DNA from: Myxococcales bacterium
GTDB taxonomy: Bacteria > Myxococcota_A > Polyangia > Polyangiales > DASUME01
Reading direction: 5' to 3'
Assembly (NCBI GenBank): GCA_047601445.1
Contig: JASGJH010000001.1
Coordinates: 5,920,001-5,984,000 of the forward strand
DNA length: 64,000 nt
Below are positions 50,606-59,819 of the stretch, piece after piece. Positions within the stretch are counted from its first letter, which is position 1; each line of letters starts with the position of its first letter. The position numbers were made by a program, and so were the translations under genes. The notes under the pieces were generated by a model that was given only the letters and a program-made list of their open reading frames with translations, searched no databases and had not been told where the DNA came from.

Positions 50606-51493
50606 CTAGAAGTCGAGCACCACGTCCCCGTGCGCTACCAGCGCGGCCGTGTTCACGAACCGCACCCCCGCGTCGTGCTCGGCCTTGGGGAAGATCACGT
50701 CGCAGCCGGCCTTCGCGTGCCAGCCACCGAGTCGTTCGGGGACCCAGCGCTCGTCGAAGTCCATTTGGAAGCCCACGGCGGCAAAGCCGAGGCCGTAGTT
50801 CTTGAGCGCAGCGCCGGGAGCAGGACGGAACTGATAGTAGTCGTGCAAGTTCAGGCCCACGCTGGCGGGAAACACGAAGTCGAGGCCGAGGATGGCACCG
50901 TGCAGCAAGCGCAAACGCGGCGCCATTCCGAGCTCCAGGTAGGTGCCCATGTTCTGGCCATCGCGCGCACCGCTGACTTCCTGGGCGAACGTGATGGAGG
51001 GGAAGAAGCCGCGCCAGGTCTGGTCGTCGTAGGGACCCGCCCAGTACACGTCGTCCTTCAGTACTCCCAAGAGGTCGAGCTCGTAGACGTCGCCGAAGCT
51101 GCCGTTGGGGCTCGTGTACGCGAGGAAACGCCCGCTGATCTCCAGGGTCGGAGTCCACACACCGAGACCCAGCCAACCGCGCGCCTCGAGCAGCGAAGCG
51201 GACAGCGTGTCGCCGCCGCGCTGGTCGCCCGGGTGAAAACTCACGAAGGCGCCGCCGCCGGCGTGGAACTTGAACTCGTCCTCGTCGTAGAGCGCCACGC
51301 GCATGTCCGCAGCGCCCTGCATCACCACGCCCTTGCTGGCCTGGCGCATGCCGCGAAAGTAGTACTGGTTGAGCAGCGCCCCGTACATGTCGAGGTAGAT
51401 GGATTCGCCCTTCTCGTCGGCGCGCGCGCAGGTGGCGGGCAGCGAACAGACGAACAACGCGCAAGCTAGACAAAGCGTCCAAGCAGACTTCAT
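50606..51493 (-). CDS. Probable outer-membrane beta-barrel (TorF-like)
   Basis: Signal peptide; YYFRGMRQ motif; amphipathic strands; terminal Phe. Confidence 0.65.
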   Translation of the reverse strand: MKSAWTLCLACALFVCSLPATCARADEKGESIYLDMYGALLNQYYFRGMRQASKGVVMQGAADMRVALYDEDEFKFHAGGGAFVSFHPGDQRGGDTLSASLLEARGWLGLGVWTPTLEISGRFLAYTSPNGSFGDVYELDLLGVLKDDVYWAGPYDDQTWRGFFPSITFAQEVSGARDGQNMGTYLELGMAPRLRLLHGAILGLDFVFPASVGLNLHDYYQFRPAPGAALKNYGLGFAAVGFQMDFDERWVPERLGGWHAKAGCDVIFPKAEHDAGVRFVNTAALVAHGDVVLDF

Positions 51494-51796
51494 GGGTGGA
51501 CTCCGCGGGTCGATTTTCGGGAGCGAGTATGCGCGATCCGTCGAGTGAACCAGCACCTTCCGTGCTGACCGCCGCGACCAACTCAGCTGACCTGGAGGTG
51601 CGGTTTTGGCGCAGTTCTGCACAGCGGGTCCGTTGGTTCGAGGTCCCTAGCCGCAAACTCGGGGCGTGCACGAGAAAACACCCGCGCGGAAAAATCAAGG
51701 TGCATTCGTGCACGCACTGGCGATCGCGATGGACGCACGCGCATGAAGCTGCGAGCGCGCTTGACGATTGGCCCGGGCTCCCCCACTCCTTCGGGC

Positions 51797-52621
51797 ATGG
51801 CAAAGAAATCCGAGGCGGGGCCGGCGCTCCGTGGTGCAAAGCTGATCAAGAAGGCGATCGAGGCAGGTCGCGGCGAAGCGTTCTCTTCCCCCGAGCCTGT
51901 GGCGCCGGTGGTGCTCAAGCGTCTGGTGCTGCCGAATGGCGAGAGCATCTCCGCGAGCATGAAGGAACTGCTCAAGGTCGACTCGCTCTGGCTCGGCATC
52001 GAGTTCGATGAGGACGAAGGCGACATCGAGGCGGCGGCCTTCGATGACCTGATCGAGGACAACTTCGGCAAGCAGGCGGTGCATCTATTCGCCGAAGCCA
52101 GCGAGATGTTCGACGGGGATTGCATCGTGGTAGGCGGCGCCTCGGACGCCGTGCGCTTTCTCTATGTGGGCGAGGCCGACGAGTCGGGCGAATATGCGGT
52201 GATCACCGTGCGCAACGATCCCGAGCCGTGGGTGGGAGGCTTCGTGCCCTTCGACGTGTGGGTGGCCCAGGAAGTGGGCGCCGTGGATGCGCCCGCCGAA
52301 GCAGGCTCGGTGGCACCTCAGTACGAGGAGGCCGCCAAGGCGCTGGCGGACGCCAACGGCGACGGTCGGCTCGGCTTCAAGCCCACGGCGGGTGAAGCGT
52401 CCGACGAGGACGAAGAGGAAGAGGACGAAGACGACGAAGAGGACGAAGACGACGAAGAGGAGGAGGACGAGGAAGGCGACGACGACGAGCTCGACGAAGG
52501 CGAGCCGGATGACGGCGAGCTCGGTCCCGAGGGCGAAGACGACGAGGATGACGACGATGACGACGACGACGGCGACGAGGACGAGGACGACGAAGGCGAC
52601 GCCGACGACGAGGAAGACTGA
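51797..52621 (+). CDS. SUKH/DUF5066-like protein with a long Asp/Glu tail
   Basis: LPNGESISASMKELL, GGASDAVRFL..DESGEYAV and FDVWVAQ motifs; ~70-aa acidic C-terminus. Confidence 0.65.
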   Translation: MAKKSEAGPALRGAKLIKKAIEAGRGEAFSSPEPVAPVVLKRLVLPNGESISASMKELLKVDSLWLGIEFDEDEGDIEAAAFDDLIEDNFGKQAVHLFAEASEMFDGDCIVVGGASDAVRFLYVGEADESGEYAVITVRNDPEPWVGGFVPFDVWVAQEVGAVDAPAEAGSVAPQYEEAAKALADANGDGRLGFKPTAGEASDEDEEEEDEDDEEDEDDEEEEDEEGDDDELDEGEPDDGELGPEGEDDEDDDDDDDDGDEDEDDEGDADDEED

Positions 52622-52718
52622 GGCCGCTCCCAATCCGGGGTGATCGCCGCGACAAAGTTGGCGTTCCCCCGTCGCCGCTGCTGACGGCGCTCGCGCCCTC
52701 GGTTTACGCTGCTGGGCC

Positions 52719-53477
52719 ATGAGCGCCTCGCCCGAGTCTCCTCAGCCCAACGCCGAGAACCTCGAAGATTTGAGCTTCGAACGGGCCAATCCCGCGAGCC
52801 AAGAGCAGGCTTTCTTCGGCGGCGGAGGGAAGTGCTCGAGCTGCGGCGAGGGCTTGGTGCGCGAGTACTGGGCCAGCGCCGACCAGACGTTGTGCGCCAC
52901 CTGCGCACAGAAGATCACCGCGCGGAACCAGGGCAAGGCAGGCTTCCGTGGGTTGATCAAGGCAAGTCTGTATGGCGGTGCGGCGGCCCTGGCCGGTGGC
53001 GGCATCTACTACCTGGTGTCGCTGTCGGGCTACGAGTTCGGGCTGATCGCCATCTTGGTGGGCTTCATGGTGGGCTACGCGGTGCGCGCTGGCTCAGGGG
53101 GTTACGGAGGACGCGGCTTTCAACTCATGGCCGTGATGCTCACCTACATCGCGATCGCGGGCATCCACACACCTTACATGATCGAGGGTTTACGCGCGCA
53201 CGATGCCGAGAGTGCGCAGGCCGCCGACCATGCCGCGGGCACGAACGCGGGAGACCCACCCCCAACGAGCTGGCTTTACGACACGATGCTCTACGTGTTC
53301 GCGTTCTGCCTCGCGCTGGCGGCGCCCTTCATGGCGGGCGCCGAGAACTTCATGGGCATCATCATCCTCGCCATCGGCCTGTGGGAGGCGTGGAAGATGA
53401 ACCGCCGGGTCCCGATCGATCTCGCAGGTCCGTATCCCATCGCCGCCCCGTCGGCGCCCAATCCCGCGCAGTTCTAA
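52719..53477 (+). CDS. Membrane protein with N-terminal Zn ribbon
   Basis: CSSC..CATC followed by about five TM segments. Confidence 0.8.
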   Translation: MSASPESPQPNAENLEDLSFERANPASQEQAFFGGGGKCSSCGEGLVREYWASADQTLCATCAQKITARNQGKAGFRGLIKASLYGGAAALAGGGIYYLVSLSGYEFGLIAILVGFMVGYAVRAGSGGYGGRGFQLMAVMLTYIAIAGIHTPYMIEGLRAHDAESAQAADHAAGTNAGDPPPTSWLYDTMLYVFAFCLALAAPFMAGAENFMGIIILAIGLWEAWKMNRRVPIDLAGPYPIAAPSAPNPAQF

Positions 53478-53482
53478 GATCC

Positions 53483-54517
53483 ATGCACGCCGAAGTCGCG
53501 GTTTGCACGGGGTGCGGCACTCAGCTCGCGAGCGCGCTGAAGAGCTGCCCCGGTTGTGGTGTGCTGCTGCATCGCGCCGAGCTCGAGACGCTGCGCCAGC
53601 GTGCCGAGGCCCATCGCGCTGCGGGCTCGCTGTCCCTCGCGCTCGCCGACCTGCGCAAGATGCTCGAGCTCCTGCCCAAGGGCTCCAAGCAACACCAGGC
53701 CATCGAACAGCAAGTCGCCGCGCTCTCGAGCAGCGTCGATGGTGAGGCGCGCTCCGCCCCACTCGAGGGCCCCGCTGCAGCGCCGCGTTGGCTCGCGGGC
53801 CTCGGCGGCGTGGGTCTGTTGCTCTGGAAGTTCAAGTGGCTGCTCGTGGTCGTGCTGGGCAAGGCCAAGTTCCTGCTGTTGGGGCTCACCAAGGCCAAGA
53901 CCCTGCTCACCATGTTGCTGAGCCTGGGCGCCTACTGGGCCATCTGGGGTTGGCGCTTCGCGCTGGGCGTCGTGCTCTCCATGTATGCGCACGAGATGGG
54001 GCACGTGGCGGCGCTCTCGCGCTTCGGCATCCGCGCCTCGGCGCCCATGTTCGTGCCCGGCCTGGGGGCCCTCGTGCGGCTGGAGCAGCGTCTCACCTCT
54101 CCCATCGAAGAAGCCCGCGTGGGTTTGGCCGGGCCCGTCTATGGCAGCGCGGCCGCCGTGGCCTGCTTCGCGCTGTACCAGGCCTTCGATGCACCCTTGT
54201 TCGGCGCGCTCGCCGGCTTCGGTGCCTGGCTCAACCTGTTCAATCTGTTGCCCGTGTGGCAGCTCGACGGGAGCCGCGCCTTCGCGGCCCTCTCCTCGCG
54301 CCAACGCCTGGCCTGCGCGAGCGTAAGCTTGTTGTGCGCGCTCTGGAGCGGCGACGTGATCCTGTTCGCGATCGCGGGCCTCTCATTGTTGCGCTCCTTC
54401 AAGCCGAGCACGGAGAACACCACGGGCGATGCCGCCACCATGTTCGAGTTCGGCTTCCTGCTGGTGTTGCTGACGGCGCTCTTGGTGGCCACACGGAGTG
54501 TCCGCGAGCTGCACTGA
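53483..54517 (+). CDS. Site-2 protease (peptidase M50) with N-terminal Zn ribbon
   Basis: CTGC..CPGC; HEMGH, LAGP and NLLPVWQLDG motifs. Confidence 0.92.
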   Translation: MHAEVAVCTGCGTQLASALKSCPGCGVLLHRAELETLRQRAEAHRAAGSLSLALADLRKMLELLPKGSKQHQAIEQQVAALSSSVDGEARSAPLEGPAAAPRWLAGLGGVGLLLWKFKWLLVVVLGKAKFLLLGLTKAKTLLTMLLSLGAYWAIWGWRFALGVVLSMYAHEMGHVAALSRFGIRASAPMFVPGLGALVRLEQRLTSPIEEARVGLAGPVYGSAAAVACFALYQAFDAPLFGALAGFGAWLNLFNLLPVWQLDGSRAFAALSSRQRLACASVSLLCALWSGDVILFAIAGLSLLRSFKPSTENTTGDAATMFEFGFLLVLLTALLVATRSVRELH

Positions 54518-54518
54518 G

Positions 54519-55356
54519 TCAGGCGCGCCTGCGGACGAGAGCCCACGCCAGCGCAAGGAATGCCGTGGCGGTCCAAGCGAGTGGGCTTTCGCGTCTCCCG
54601 GGTACACCGACGGCGCAGCCCGATCCCGATTCGGCTCCCTGCGTGCTCGCGTCCGAGCCAGGGCTTCCCGTGGCTGCGTCGTGCGGTGTCGCACCAGCGT
54701 CGGCGTGCGTCTCGCCTGTCGCTGCGTCCTGCCGCGGGCCGCTAGCACCGGGCGTGCTCGCATCGTGCACCGGTCGACCGGCATCCACCGTCTCGCCCGC
54801 ATCTCGCTCCATGCCCGCATCGACCATCGAAGTCGGCGCCACGTAGGTCGAGCCAGCGCTCACGATGGCCACCTCCACGTGCAGCTTGGTGGGCACGTAC
54901 AGCGGGTCGCCCTGTGGCTTGTTGTTCTTGGTGTCCTTGAGGATCAGCGCGACCTTGTTGACGCCCTTGCTCCAATCGACGCTGCCTCCGTAATAGAACG
55001 AGCTGAACGGGGTGCTCCACTCGTAGGTGCCGGTGGTCGTGTAGGTGGGTGACTGATCGGTGCATGCGTAGCTGGGCGACGCTTCGAAGCAGAATCTGGA
55101 ACTTGGTCGGCGTCGGGCCAGGCTTGGTCAGCACCTGGAGCTTCACGTGCGCGGAACCCCCCGCGTAGTTCACGGGTGAGCTCCAGTTCTTTGGCGTGCC
55201 CGCCAGCGGCACCACGCGATAGTGGGAGTCCTCCGTGGTGTCGGCGGCGTGGGTGTAGGTGACGTCGGTCACCATGAACTGTTCGGCGCGCGCGGGCAGC
55301 GCCGCGCACGTCACGATGACAACGAGTCCCAGCGCCCGGAGAGAAGCCGCTTGCAT
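54519..55356 (-). CDS. MYXO-CTERM sorted surface protein; frameshift near 55093
   Basis: Signal peptide ..PARA; C-terminal GSGCAVG..hydrophobic..RRRA; removing one base restores KFQICFEASPSYAC. Confidence 0.8.
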
Positions 55357-55401
55357 GTCAGCGTGGTTATCACGGGTCTGGACGTGACCACCAGTCGAGT
55401 C

Positions 55402-55590
55402 TCACTCGCTGCCCGCGATGTCGTCCTCCCAGACGTTCGAAGCACCCTTGCGACCGCTCTCCCTGGTGTAGGGATGGTTCGACCTGCCCTGCTCGATTTT
55501 GCCGTAACGTTCGGAGAGGTCTGCTTGATCGGGGCGCTTGGGGCCAAACCAGCTCTCCATTTGCCACATAATTTGGCGTTGTAGCTGCAT
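55402..55590 (-). CDS. Putative 62-aa small protein
   Basis: AGGAG-N7-ATG; MQLQRQIMWQMESWFGPKRPDQ.. Confidence 0.45.
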   Translation of the reverse strand: MQLQRQIMWQMESWFGPKRPDQADLSERYGKIEQGRSNHPYTRESGRKGASNVWEDDIAGSE

Positions 55591-55768
55591 GTTCGATCTC
55601 CTGACTCCTACACTCGAAAAGGTAAACCGCCTCACGCGCGGCGCTATCGCCCCGCACGCCGAGTAAGCGCCGCCCTCCACACGCTCGAAAGAAACAGTGA
55701 TGAGCCGCGCCGCGCTCGCTTCACGACGTTCGGCACGCGTTTGCACGGACGTTGCATGGGTTCGCTGC

Positions 55769-57045
55769 ATGGACCGAGGCATGGTCGCGTCGGAGCGTGC
55801 TCCTGAACTCGCCACCTTGGTGGAAGCTCCGCCGAGCGGGCCAGGCTGGTTTCACGAGATCAAGCTCGACGGCTATCGTCTGCTCGCCGAGTGCTCGGGG
55901 CGTGGCTCTCGCGGAACACGCGTCACGCTGTACACACGCGGCGGCAAGGACTGGACGGCCCGTGCGCGACGCGTGGCCGAGGCGCTGGCCGCGCTTCGCG
56001 CCAAGAGCGCCATCCTGGACGGTGAAGTCGTGGTGCTGCGCAAGGACGGCGTGAGCGACTTTCAGGCTCTGCAGAACGTGCTGCAGGAGGGCAAGCAGGA
56101 TGCCCTGACTTACTTCGTGTTCGACCTGCTGTTTCTGGATGGAAAGGACCTGCGCGCCCGACCCTTGCGTGAGCGCAAGGAGATGCTCGCGGCGCTCCTG
56201 CGCGAGAGCGCGCTGGGGCCCCAGGTCCGCTACAGCGAGCACTTCGAGCGCGAGGGCTCGGAGGTGTTGGCCAAGGCTTGCAAGATGGGGCTCGAGGGCA
56301 TCGTGTCCAAGCGCGCTGATTCGCCCTATCTCGGCAAGCGCAGCAGGGATTGGCAGAAGGCCAAGTGCAGCGCGCGGCAGGAGCTGGTCATCGGTGGCTT
56401 TACGGCGCCCGCGGGGGCACGCAAGCATTTCGGTGCGCTGCTGATGGGCGTGCGCGAGAAGGGCGCGCTGCGCTACGTGGGCAAAGTGGGGACCGGCTTC
56501 AGTGAGCGCAGCTTGCGTGAACTAAGCGCGCGCTTGGGGGGCCTCGAGAATCTTCCGAGCCACCCTTCCGCGACCCACCTCGGGGCGCCGAAGCGCGCGG
56601 CGTGCGCTGGGTGGAGCCCGAGTTGGTGGCAGAGATCGAGTTCACCGAGTTCACCCACGATCACCGCATGCGTCACCCGAGCTTTCGTGGCCTGCGCGAG
56701 GACAAGCAAGCCCGCGAGGTGGTGGAAGAGAAGCCACTCCGTGAGCGGAGCGAACGTCGCGGTGGGGTGGGTCCCGGCGTGGCTTGGCCGCGCCGGGCGG
56801 GGAGGTCGCGTGACCTCTCGCGAGAGAGCGCAAGGGCACTCCGTGAGCGGAGCGAACGTCGCGGTGGGGTGGGTCCCGGCGTGGCTTGGCCGCGCCGGGC
56901 GGGGAGGTCGCGTGACCTCTCGCGAGAGAGCGCAAGGGCACTCCGTGAGCGGAGCGAACGTCGCGGTGGGGTGGGTCCCGGCGTGGCTTGGCCGCGCCGG
57001 GCGGGGAGGTCGCGTGACCTCCCCGTTAGAAAAGGAGGCCGCTGA
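55769..57045 (+). CDS. ligD: NHEJ ATP-dependent DNA ligase (LigD ligase plus OB domain only); frameshift near 56549-56556; C-terminus carries the repeat array
   Basis: ELATLV, EIKLDGYR, LDGEVV, FDLL, EGIVSKR, GKVGTGF and, after the shift, WVEPELVAEIEF..RHPSFRGLREDK. Confidence 0.9.
56735..57024 (+). repeat. Tandem array (2 x 102 bp plus a third ~86-bp copy) of the dispersed element, copies D1-D3
   Basis: Units start at 56735, 56837 and 56939; the first two are identical. Confidence 0.95.
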
Positions 57046-57842
57046 TGGCGTTGCGCAGCATGTTCAAGGGCAGCCTGGTGGTCGGCAAGATCAAGCTCCC
57101 CGTGAAGCTCTATGCGGCCGTGGAAGAGCGGCGGATGCATTTTCGTTTCCTGTCGCCCAAGGATCACCAGCCCGTAACGCAGCAAATGGTGGATACGACG
57201 ACCGGCAAGGTGGTTTCCTCGAGGGACATTCGCAAAGGCTTCCACCTCGACGACGGCTCCTTCGTGCTCCTCGACCCGGGCGAGCTCAAGTCCCTTCAGC
57301 CCAAGGCCTCGCGCGATCTGCGCGTCACGGAGCGTCTGTCCCAGGACAGTGTGCCCGCGCAGTGGTTTCTGCGACCCTACTATCTGGGACCCGACGGCAG
57401 CACCGATGCCTACACGGCCCTGCACACCGCACTGCGCGAGAGCGGCGAATTGCTGCTGACTCACTGGGTCATGCGCGGCAACGAGTACGTCGGTGTGGTG
57501 CGGGCCGAGCCGGCGTGCCTATCGATCACCACGCTGCGTCACGCCGACGAAGTGGTCGACGCGAGCCAGCTGACGGGCCCGAGCGTCCAGGCCAGCGCGA
57601 AGGAGGTCAGCATGGCCAAGCAGCTGGTGGAGGCATTTACGGGTGAGTTCGATCCCGCGCTCTTCCAGGACGAATACACTAAGCGCCTCGAGGCCCTGGT
57701 GGCAGCCAAGCGCGCCGGCAAGAAGGTGCGACTGTCGCGGGCCAGCGCCAAGCCAGCCTCCGAGGGGTCCCTGGAGCGAGCACTGTCCCAAAGCTTGAAG
57801 CGGGCCAAGAAGCCCACCAGAAAGGAGCGCGCGGTTGCCTAA
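57045..57842 (+). CDS. ku: Ku protein (NHEJ), paralog 1
   Basis: FKGSL..LPVKLYAA, IRKGF, RPYYLGP and WVMRG motifs; AAAGGAGG RBS; start overlaps the ligD stop. Confidence 0.92.
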   Translation: MALRSMFKGSLVVGKIKLPVKLYAAVEERRMHFRFLSPKDHQPVTQQMVDTTTGKVVSSRDIRKGFHLDDGSFVLLDPGELKSLQPKASRDLRVTERLSQDSVPAQWFLRPYYLGPDGSTDAYTALHTALRESGELLLTHWVMRGNEYVGVVRAEPACLSITTLRHADEVVDASQLTGPSVQASAKEVSMAKQLVEAFTGEFDPALFQDEYTKRLEALVAAKRAGKKVRLSRASAKPASEGSLERALSQSLKRAKKPTRKERAVA

Positions 57843-58710
57843 ACGAAAGCCAAAGCAAAAGCCCACGACGAAGTCCGAGCGAGCACCCAACGTACGTCCT
57901 CTGTGGTCAGGCACCCTGAGCTTTGGGCTGGTCACGGTGCCGGTGGACCTGTTCCCCGCCCTGCGCAGCGCGCGCACACCGCTCCGCATGATTTCGTCGG
58001 AGGGACACGCGCTCGCACGCCAATACGTGAGCCAACAGGGCGACGTGGTGGAGAGTTCCGAGATCGAGCGCGGCGTGGCCGGGGCGCGCGGGCGCTTCAT
58101 CGTGCTGAAGGAGACCGAACTCGAGGGCCTGGCACCCGAGAAGTCCCAGGACATCAATGTGGTGCGCTTCGTGGATCAGACGGCCATCTCGCCGATGTTC
58201 TTCGAGCATCCCTATCTGCTCGCCCCGCGCGGAGCCCAGCGTGCCTATCGCTTGTTGGCGAGCACCATGGAGGAACTGGGCAAGGTGGCACTGGCGTCGT
58301 TCGTGATGCGCGGAACGGAGTACGTGCTCGCGGTGCGTGCCGAGCAGGGGGTGCTGCGGGCGGACGTGATCCGCTTTGCGGACGAGCTACGCGAGGCGAG
58401 CCTCGTGCCCGGGGTGGGTAAGGCCAAGCCGAGCGCGGCCAAGCTGCGCAGCATGGAGCGCGCGCTGCACGGCGTGAAACGCAAGGTGTTCGCGCCGAAC
58501 GAGGCGCGCGACGTGTACTGGGAGGGCGTGGAGAAGCTCGCCAAGTCCAAGGCCAAGAAGAAGGTGGACGTGGTGACTCCAGAGAGTCCTGAGCCCTCCA
58601 CGAGTGGACGCGAGCCGCTCGCCGATGTGATCGACCTGATGGCGGTGCTCGAACGCAGCCTCAAACAAGGCAAGCGACAGCCGGCGCGCAAGGCCAAGCG
58701 CTCTGGGTGA
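57835..58710 (+). CDS. ku: Ku protein (NHEJ), paralog 2
   Basis: WSGTLSFGLVTVPV, FEHPYLLAP, AYRLL, FVMRG and VIDLMAVLERSL motifs; TTG start after AAAGGAG. Confidence 0.93.
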   Translation: MPKRKPKQKPTTKSERAPNVRPLWSGTLSFGLVTVPVDLFPALRSARTPLRMISSEGHALARQYVSQQGDVVESSEIERGVAGARGRFIVLKETELEGLAPEKSQDINVVRFVDQTAISPMFFEHPYLLAPRGAQRAYRLLASTMEELGKVALASFVMRGTEYVLAVRAEQGVLRADVIRFADELREASLVPGVGKAKPSAAKLRSMERALHGVKRKVFAPNEARDVYWEGVEKLAKSKAKKKVDVVTPESPEPSTSGREPLADVIDLMAVLERSLKQGKRQPARKAKRSG

Positions 58711-58735
58711 GCCGACGTCGAGCGCGTGCGCTCGC

Positions 58736-59029
58736 TCAGTGCGCAGAGCCCAGCCGAAAGGCGCGCTGAAGCTCGGCGATCTTGTTGGCCTTGAGCCCCT
58801 CGATCTGGGCCAGTTGATCCCAGCGCTCGAAGCCGCCGAGGCGCGTGCGCAGATCGACGATGGCCTTGGCGTAGGTGGGACCCACGAAGTCCGAATGAGA
58901 GATCTCCTCGACGCTCGCCGTGTTCAAGTTGGGGATGCTGGGGTCGGTGCGCGCGTCGAGAGGTCCGACGGGCAAGATCTCGCTGGGGCCGCGCTCGAGA
59001 CTCACTTTGCCTGCCTTGCTGGGGTGCAT
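58736..59029 (-). CDS. ComEA-like helix-hairpin-helix protein, no membrane anchor
   Basis: NLNTASVEEI..VGPTYAKAIV..R..GGF..L..IEGL. Confidence 0.8.
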   Translation of the reverse strand: MHPSKAGKVSLERGPSEILPVGPLDARTDPSIPNLNTASVEEISHSDFVGPTYAKAIVDLRTRLGGFERWDQLAQIEGLKANKIAELQRAFRLGSAH

Positions 59030-59136
59030 GCCGTCGCCTTCCTTGTGGGACTCGCGGAACTCGCGGTATTCGCCGGTTACGGAGAGGGTAGGGCCCAGCG
59101 CGGTGGTCGCTAGGTCGGTGCCGAAACAATCGTGGT

Positions 59137-59152
59137 GGGCACGGCCGTTGCA
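59137..59152 (+). promoter_or_regulatory. Sigma54 promoter for sodC
   Basis: GGGCACG-GCCG-TTGCA (GG-N10-GC). Confidence 0.55.
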
Positions 59153-59180
59153 CCGCAGCTCCCGGATGGGAGGGCCTACT

Positions 59181-59816
59181 ATGAAGATCCATTCGAGGAC
59201 GTCGCTAGCGTGCGGAACGGCGCTGTTGCTCTGTCTGTCCGTCGCCGGCTGCGCGCGACACGCCAAACAAGAGCCCGCTTCCGCCGCGCAGACGCCGGCC
59301 GCCGGTGCGAGCGCTGCAACGAGCGATGAGACCGGCGCTGCGGGAGCCGCCAATCAAGGAGCCGACGCTCGCAAGCGAGCCGAAGCCAGCTTCGAGGACG
59401 CGCCCGGCGTGAAGCTCAGCGGGCAAGCCAAGCTCAAGGAGGTCCAGGGCGGCGTGCAGATCGAGGTCGAGGTGGAGAACGCGCCGAGCGGTGCCAAGGG
59501 TGTCCACATTCATCAGAAGGGCGACTGCAGCGATATCCCCGGCAAGAGCATGGGAGAGCACTACGCGGTGACCAGTCCGCACCACGGCTTGCCCACGGAG
59601 TCCGAGCATCACCTCGGCGACCTCGGCAACATCGACGTGGGACCCAACGGCGAGGGCAACCTGATCATCGTGGTCCCGGGTGCCAACCTCGAGCCCGGTC
59701 AGGATCGCTCCTTCGTGGGAAAGGCCATCGTGGTTCACGAGTCGGAGGACGTGGGCGTCGACCCCTCGGGCAACTCGGGCAAGCCCATCGCGTGCGCGGT
59801 GGTGCGCGCGGACTGA
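59181..59816 (+). CDS. sodC: Cu/Zn superoxide dismutase family lipoprotein
   Basis: VAGC lipobox; GVHIH, GEHY, HHG, HLGDLGN, VVHESED and IAC motifs. Confidence 0.9.
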   Translation: MKIHSRTSLACGTALLLCLSVAGCARHAKQEPASAAQTPAAGASAATSDETGAAGAANQGADARKRAEASFEDAPGVKLSGQAKLKEVQGGVQIEVEVENAPSGAKGVHIHQKGDCSDIPGKSMGEHYAVTSPHHGLPTESEHHLGDLGNIDVGPNGEGNLIIVVPGANLEPGQDRSFVGKAIVVHESEDVGVDPSGNSGKPIACAVVRAD

Positions 59817-59819
59817 AGC

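Noticed and set aside
51606..51621. Sigma54 promoter TTGGCGCAGTTCTGCA
   Set aside because: GG-to-GC spacing is 9 nt rather than the required 10
51625..51655. tRNA-like T-loop GGTTCGAG
   Set aside because: No cloverleaf or acceptor stem can be built around it
52318..52908. Poly-Ser ORF on the minus strand
   Set aside because: It is the antisense shadow of the Asp/Glu tail codons
55731..55756. Sigma54 promoter before ligD
   Set aside because: CGGCACGCGTTTGCA has 9-nt spacing, and the overlapping alternative lacks the GG
56735..57024. Tandem repeats as a CRISPR array
   Set aside because: Units are 102 bp and identical throughout, there are no unique spacers, and no cas genes are in the window
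55697..57646. 649-aa ORF as a LigD-Ku fusion
   Set aside because: After about 56550 this frame loses ligase similarity; the OB domain and Ku1 are in other frames with their own stop and RBS
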